A stretch of 64,000 nucleotides of DNA. It comes from Mobula hypostoma (taxonomy: Eukaryota). Shown one piece after another: positions 56,801 to 64,000 of the stretch (position 1 is the stretch's first letter; the number at the start of each line of letters is the position of its first letter). The notes under the pieces were generated by a model. It searched no databases and was not told the DNA's origin. It saw only the letters and a list, made by a program, of their open reading frames with translations. The position numbers and the translations under genes were made by a program. Location: contig NC_086109.1 in NCBI RefSeq assembly GCF_963921235.1, forward strand, positions 62,001-126,000, given 5' to 3'.

Positions 56801-58485
56801 CTCCCTCTCTCACCGTCACTGTGTCCGTCTCCCTCTCTCTCACCGTCACTCTGTGTCGGTCTCCCTCTCTCTCACCGTCACTCTGTGTCCGTCTTCCTCT
56901 CTCTCGTCACTCTGTGTCCGTCTCCTTCTCTCACCGTCACTCTGTGCCCGTCTCCCTCTCTCTCACCGTCACTCTGTGTCCGTCTCCCTCTCTCACCGTC
57001 ACTCTGTGTCCGTCTCCCTCTCTCACTGTCACTGTGTCTGTCTCCCTCTCTCTCACCGTCACTGTGTCCGTCTCCTTCTCTCACCGTCACTGTGTCCGTC
57101 TCCCTCTCTCACCGTCACTGTGTCCGTCTCCCTCTCTCTCACCGTCACTGTGTCCGTCTCCTTCTCTCACCGTCACTGTGTCCGTCTCCCTCTCTCACCG
57201 TCACTTTGTGTCCGTCTCCCTCTCTCACCGTCACTGTGTCCGTCTCCCTCTCTCTCACCGTCACTCTGTGTCCGTCTCCCTGTCTCTCACCGTCACTGTG
57301 TCCGTCTCCCTCTCTCTCACCGTCACTCTGTGTCCATCTCCCTCTCTCACTGTCACTCTGTGTCCGTCTCCCTCTCTCTCACCGTCACTCTGTGTCCGTC
57401 TCCCTCTCTCTCCGTCACTGTGTCCGTCTCCCTCTCTCACCGTCAGTGTCCGTCTCCCTCTCTCTCACCGTCACTCTGTGTCCGTCTCCCTGTCTCTCAC
57501 CGTTACTGTGTCCGTCTCCCTCTCTGACTGTCACTCTGTGTCCGTCTCCCTCTCTCTCTCGTCACTGTGTCCGTCTCCCTCTCTCTCACCGTCACTCTGT
57601 GTCCGTCTTCCTCTCTCTCGTCACTCTGTGTCCGTCTCCTTCTCTCACCGTCACTCTGTGTCCGTCTCCCTCTCTCTCACCGTCACTCTGTGTCCGTCTC
57701 CCTCTCTCACCGTCACTGTGTCCGTCTCCCTCTCTCTCACCGTCACTGTGTCCGTCTCCCTCTCTCACCGTCACTGTGTCCGTCTCCCTCTCTCTCACCG
57801 TCACTGTGTCCGTCTCCTTCTCTCACCGTCACTGTGTCCGTCTCCCTCTCTCACCGTCACTGTGTCTGTCTCCCTGTCTCTCACCGTCACTCTGTGTCCG
57901 TCTCCTTCTCTCACCGTCACTCTGTGTCCGTCTCCCTCTCTCTCACCGTCACTCTGTGTCCGTCTCCCTCTCTCACCGTCACTCTGTGTCCGTCTCCCTC
58001 TCTCACTGTCACTGTGTCCGTCTCCCTCTCTCTCACCGTCACTGTGTCCGTCTCCCTCTCTCACCGTCACTGTGTCCGTCTCCCTCTCTCTCACCGTCAC
58101 TGTGTCCGTCTCCTTCTCTCACCGTCACTGTGTCCGTCTCCCTCTCTCACCGTCACTGTGTCCGTCTCCCTGTCTCTCACCGTCACTCTGTGTCCGTCTC
58201 CCTCTCTCACCGTCACTCTGTGTCCGTCTCCTTCTCTCACCGTCACTCTGTGTCCGTCTCCCTCTCTCTCACCGTCACTCTGTGTCCGTCTCCCTCTCTC
58301 TCACCGTCACTCTGTGTCCGTCTCCCTCTCTCACCGTCACTGTGTCCGTCTCCCTCTCTCTCACCGTCACTGTGTCCGTCTCCCTCTCTCACCGTCACTG
58401 TGTCCATCTCCCTCTCTCACCGTCACTCTGTGTCCGTCTCCCTCTCTCACCGTCACTCTGTGTCCATCTCCCTGTCTCACCGTCT
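53805..58485. repeat. ~28-34 bp pyrimidine-rich minisatellite (ctcaccgtcactctgtgtccgtctccctct), ~4.7 kb
   Basis: Well over 100 tandem copies, varying in internal (ct)n length. Confidence 0.97.
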
Positions 58486-58489
58486 GAAT

Positions 58490-61050
58490 CACTTATCAAC
58501 ACCCCTCCCTGCCTGTCCCAATCTCAGTCTCTCTCTAAAATGTCTCTGTGTGTCCAAATCCCAATCTTTATCTACTCCCTTCCCATCCGTCTCCATCCCA
58601 ATCTCTTTCCAACACCTATCTCTGACTGTCCCAATCCCAATCTCTCACCAACACATCTGTTTCTCCCCATCCCAATTTCTTCCCAGCACCTCTCTCCGTC
58701 CGCCTCACTGGAACATCTCCCCAATGCCTCTGTCCAGCTGTCCCCATCCCAATCACTTCCCAACACTTCTCTATGTCTGTCCCCATCCCAATCTCTTCCC
58801 AACACCACTCTCCCACTGTCTCCATCTCAGTCTCTCCCTGTCAGACTCCATCCCAATCTCTCCCCAACACCCCATTACACCTGTCCCCATCTCAATCTCT
58901 TCCCAACACCTCCCTCCATCCATCACCATACAATCTATTCTCAACACCCCTCTCCACCAGTCTCAATCTCTTCCCAACACCTCTCTGCATCTGTCCTCAT
59001 CCCAAACTCTTCCCAACCCCTGTCTCCACTTGCTCCGATCTCAATCCTTCCCCGCCATCTCTCTCTGATTATGCCCACCCCAATCCCTTCCCAACACTTC
59101 TCTCCATCTGTCCACATCCTAATCTCTCCCCACAACTTTCCTCCCTGGTTCACATCCCAATCTCTAAATAACATATCTCTCGGTCTGTCCCTATCCCAAT
59201 CTCTTCCCAACACCACTCTCTGTCTGTCTTCATCTCAGTATCTCCCTAACACTTCTCTCCGCCTGTTCCAATCCCACTTATCAACACCCCTCTCTTCCTG
59301 TCCCAATCTCAGTCTCTCTCTAAAACGTTTCTCTGCCTGTCCAAATCCCAATCTTTCCCCACTACTTTTCCCATCCATCCCCATCTCAATCTCTTCCCAA
59401 CACGTCTTTCCACCTGTCCCCATTGCAATCACTCCCCAAAACCTTTCTCCACCTGACCCCATCCAAATCTCTCCCCAACACTTCTCTCTCTGACAGTCCC
59501 CATCCCAGTCACTCCTAATACCACTCTCCTTCTGTCCTGCCTGTTTCCATCCCAAACTCTCCACACCACCTGTCTGTACCCATCCCTATCTTTCCCCCAA
59601 CATGTCTCTCCGTCTGTTCAAATCCCAATCTTTCCCCAACACAACTCTCCTTTTGTCCCATCCAAATTTCTGCCCAACACCTCTCTCTGCCTGTTCCTAT
59701 CTCAATCTCTCCACAACTGCTCAATCCATCTGTTCCCATCCCAATCACTCCCAACACTAGTCTCTGTCTGTCCACATCCCAATCTCTCTGGCTGTTCCTA
59801 TCCCAATCACTCCCAACACCAGTCTCTGTCTGTCCACATCCCAATCTCTCTGGCTGTTCCCATCCCAATCACTCCCAACACCAGTCTCTGTCTGTCCCCA
59901 TCCCAATATCTCCCCAGCATCTCTTTCCGGCTGTTCCTATCTGAATCTTTCCACAACCGCTCAATCCATCTGTTCCCACCCCAATCATTTCCAACACCAG
60001 TCTCCACCTGTCCTCATCCCAATCTCTCCCAACACTTCTCTCTGCCTGTCCCAATCCCAATTAGATCCCATCACACCTCTCTACCTGTCCCAATCTCAGT
60101 CTTTCTCTAAAATGTCTCTTCGTCTGTCCAGATCCCAACCTTTCCCTGCCACCATCCTCATCCCAATCTCTTCCGAACACCTCTATCCATCTGCCCGATT
60201 TCAACATCTCCCCTAATCGTCTCTTCGACAATCCCCATCTGCATCACTCCCCAACACCCCTCTCTGTCTGTCTCTCAATCTCTCTCCTCCTTCACACCGC
60301 ATTCCAATCTCTCTTCCCAACGCCTCTTCACCTGTTCCCATTCCAATTTCTCCCCAACACATCCACCTGTCCGCATGCCAATCTCTCCCCAACACCTCTC
60401 TCCAGCTGTCCCCATCCCAGTCTATTCCCAATACCTGTCGGCATCCAAATCTCTCTCCTACAGCTCGAGCTATCAGTTCCCATCCCAATCTCTTTCAACA
60501 CATCTCTGCGCCTGTCTCATCCCATTCTCCATTAGCTCTCTCTGTTTCCATCCCATCACTACTCAACACCTCTCTCTACCTGTCCCCATCCCCATTTGTC
60601 TCCAAAACCTTTCTCCACCTGTCTGCATCCCAAGATCTCTCACTATCTCTCTGCATCCCAATCACTCCCCAATACCTCTCTCCAGCTGTTCCCATCCCAA
60701 TCTCTTCACAACACCTCTCTCCAACTGTCCCCATCTCAATCTCTCTGTCTGACCTCATCCCAATCACTCTCCCCATCACCTCTCTTCCTGTCTGAATTGC
60801 AATCTTTCCCCATCCCAATGTCTTCCCAACAACTCTCTCTGCCTGTTCCCTTCCCAATCTCTCCCAACAACTCGATCCATCTGTCCCTATCCCACTCTCT
60901 GTATAATACCTCTCTTTGTCTGTCCCCATCCCAATCTGTCCTCAACCTCTCTCCAACTGCCCCATTGCAACATCTCCCAACACCTTTCTGTCTGTCTCCA
61001 TCTCAATTTCTCTCCCTCTCAGGCCACGTTCCAGTCTCTCTCCGTCTTTC
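58490..61050. repeat. Degenerate C/T-rich satellite (cccatcccaatctctccccaacacctctctctgcctgt-like)
   Basis: Recurrent cccatcccaatctc and ccaacac motifs at roughly 40-bp spacing. Confidence 0.85.
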
Positions 61051-61069
61051 CCGACGCTAATCCCTCCCC

Positions 61070-62720
61070 ATCACATAGAACATACAGCACAGTACAGGCC
61101 CTTCGTCCCACCATGTTGTGCCAAACATGTAACCTACTTTAAAAACTGCCCAGAATTTCCCTACGACATAGCTCTCTATTTTTATAAGCTCCATGTACCT
61201 ATCTAAGTGTCTCTTAAAAGACCCGATTTTATCTTCCTCTACCACCGTCACTGGCAGTGCATTCCACACACCCACCACTCTCTGTGTGAAAAACTTGCCT
61301 CTGACATCCCCCTTTTACCTACTTCCAAGCACCTTAAAACCATGCCCTCTTGTGTTAGCCATTTCAGCCCTGGGAAAAAGTCTTTGGCTATTCAAACAAT
61401 CAAAGCCCCTCATCATCTTGTATATCTCTATCAGGTCACCTCTCATCCATCACTCCAAGGAGAATAGGCTAAGTTCATTCAACCTATTCTCATAAAGCAC
61501 ACTCTCCAATTCAGGCAACATTCTTGTAAATCTCCTCTTCACTCTCCCTATAGTATCCACATAGTGAGGTGACCAGAACTGAACACAGTACTCCAAGTGG
61601 GGTCTGACCAAAGTCTTACATAGTTGTAACATTACCTCACAGCTCTTGATCTCAATCCCACAGTTGATGAAGGCCATCACACCAAACGCCTTCTTAACAA
61701 AACTGTCAACCTATGCAGCAGCTTTGTGTGTTACACAGACCCCAAGATCCCTCTGATCCTTCACACTGCCAAGAGTCTTACCACTAATATTACATTCTGT
61801 CTTCAAATTAGACCTACCAAAATTAACCACTTCACATTTATCTGGATTGAACTCCACCTGCCACTTCTCAGCCCAGTTCTGCATCCTATTGATCTCCCGC
61901 TGTAACCTCTGACAATCCTCCAGACTATCCACAACACCCCCAACTTTTGTGTCGTCAGCAAACTTACTAACCCACCCTTCTACTTTTTCATCTAGGTCAT
62001 TTATAAAAATCACAAAGAGGAGGGGTCCCAGAACAGATCCCTGCTAAAACACCACCAGTCACTGACCGCTATGCAGAATACAAACCAGCTACATCCACCC
62101 TTTGCCTTCTGTGGGCAAACCAGTTCTGGATCCACAAAGCAAGGTCTCCTTGGATCCCATGCCTCCTTATTTTCTGAATGAGCCTTGCATGGTGAACCTT
62201 ATCAAATGCCTTACTGAAATCCATATACACTACATCCACTGCTCTACCTTCATCAATGTGTTTTGTTACATCCTCAAAGAACTTAATCAGGCTTGTAAGG
62301 CATGACCCACCCTTGACAAAGCCATGCTGACTATCCCTAATCAGATTATGTCTCTCCAAATGCTCATAAATCCTGCCTCTCAGGATCTTCGCCAACAATT
62401 TGCCCACCACTGAAGTAAGACTCACTGGTCTATAATTTCCTGGGTTACCTCTACTCCATTTCTTGAACAAGAGAACATTTGCAACTCTCCAATCCTCCAG
62501 TTCTTCTCCCTTCCCTATTGATGATGCACAGATCATCGCCAGAGGCTCAGCAATTTCCTCCCTTGCTTCCCACAATAGCCTAGAGAATATGCCATCCAGT
62601 CCCAGCGATTTATCTAACTTAATGCTTTTCAAAAGCTCCAAAACATCCTCTTTCCTAATGCCTATATGCACAAGCATTTCAGTCTGCTGTAGATCATCCC
62701 CACAATTATCAAGGTCCTTT
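61070..62720 (-). mobile_element. CR1-clade LINE (RT + 3'UTR) inserted in satellite
   Basis: ORFs 62069..62842 ([20 protein letters not shown]), 61711..62013 (FADD) and 61450..61680. Same subfamily as 24880-26578. Confidence 0.92.
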
Positions 62721-64000
62721 TTCCTCCCCAACCTATTTCTCCGTCTGTCTCCATCCCAATCTCTACCCAATACTTCTCGCCGACTGCCCCATTCCATCTG
62801 TCTGCCAATCTCTCCCCAACACCTCTCTCCACTTGTTGCCATTCAATCTCTTCTCATCACCTCTGTCCATCAGTCCCATCCCATTCTATTCCCAACACCT
62901 CAATCTGTCTTTTCCCATCCCAATCTCTTCCAACATTTCATCACCTGTCCTCATCCCATTCTCCATCACCTCTCTGACAGACTTCTCTCCGTCTGTCTCC
63001 ATTTCAATGACTCCACAAAACCTTTCCCAATCATTCCCCAACTGCTCTCCCCGCCTGTCCCTTCCCCAATCACATCCCATCACCTCTCTGACCATTCCCT
63101 TCGCAATCTCTTCCTAACACCTGTCTGCCTGTCCCCATCCCAATCTATCTCCAACACCTTTCTCCATCTGTTCCCATCAATCATTCCCCCAAAACCTCTC
63201 TCTATACTCATTGCAGTCTCCCCAACACCTCTCTCTGTCCCCATCCCAATCTCTTCCCAACACCTCTCTCCATTAGTCCCCGTCCCAATCTATTCCCAAC
63301 ACTTCTCCCTGCTTATCTCCATCTAAATATCTCCCCAACACCTTGATGTCTTTTCCCATCCCAATCTCTTCCAACATCTCAGCACATCCTCATCCCATCC
63401 TTCATCACCTCTCTGTGTCTCCATTGCAATGACTCTACAAAACCTTCCCCAATCTTCCCCCAAGTGCACTCCCTGCCTGTTCTCTTCCGAATCTTTCCCC
63501 ATCACCTGCCTACCCTGTCACAATCTTCCCAAAACCTCTCTCTGCCTCTTCCCATCCCAATCTCTCCCCAACACCTCTCTCTGCCTGTGCCCATCCCGAT
63601 CTCCAAACATCTCTCTCCACCTGTCCCAATCTCAATCTGTCTCCCTGTTAGATGGCATCTGATTCTCTCACCCCATCACCTCTCACTGCCTGTCCCAAAC
63701 CCAATCATTCCTCAATGCCTGTGTCTGCCTGTCACTCTCTCAATCTCTCGCCCCATCAGCCCCATCCCAATGACTCCCCAACACCTCTCTTCGTCTGTCC
63801 CAGCCCAATCTCTTCCCAACACCCTTCTCCACCTGTCCCCATCACAATCTCACCCCAACACCTCTCCCCATTCCAAGCTCTCCCCAACACCTCTGACCCC
63901 GTCTGCATCCAATTTTCTCCCCAGCACCCCTCTCTGACTGTCCCCATCCCAATCACTCATCAACACCTCTCTGTCTGAACCCACCCGACTCTCACCAACC
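62721..64000. repeat. Continuation of the degenerate C/T-rich satellite
   Basis: Same motifs as 58490-61050. Confidence 0.85.

Noticed and set aside
53588..59493. Very long ORFs (up to 1199 aa)
   Set aside because: Stop-poor translations of a minisatellite with low-complexity sequence and no domain.

Overview
This is a repeat-dense vertebrate (eukaryotic) genomic window, most likely from an elasmobranch (shark or ray). That call is an inference from the CR1/HER1-type LINE 3' tails and the repeat content. Host genes: (1) a spliced + strand CTX/JAM/CAR-family V-C2-TM immunoglobulin-superfamily gene with six exons at 2604-8440 (the leader exon was not found); (2) an intact - strand 792-aa protein with 16 C2H2 zinc fingers (49341-51719) and a probable 5'UTR exon; (3) two decayed - strand zinc-finger paralogues (~9.0-9.8 kb and ~14.9-16.75 kb); (4) an orphan CpG-island promoter with ZNF143 and YY1 motifs (~39.2-39.9 kb). 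The rest is nested CR1 and Rex1/Babar-like LINEs, a probable solo LTR, and several minisatellites. The most striking structure is a Penelope-like retroelement family. One copy forms a 663-bp-arm palindrome (23246-24608) with a target-site duplication, a GIY-YIG endonuclease remnant, and a minimal hammerhead ribozyme in each arm. Smaller copies share the same fold-back insertion signature. No prokaryotic systems, CRISPR arrays, tRNA or rRNA were seen. All coordinates were read by eye, and repeat boundaries are approximate.
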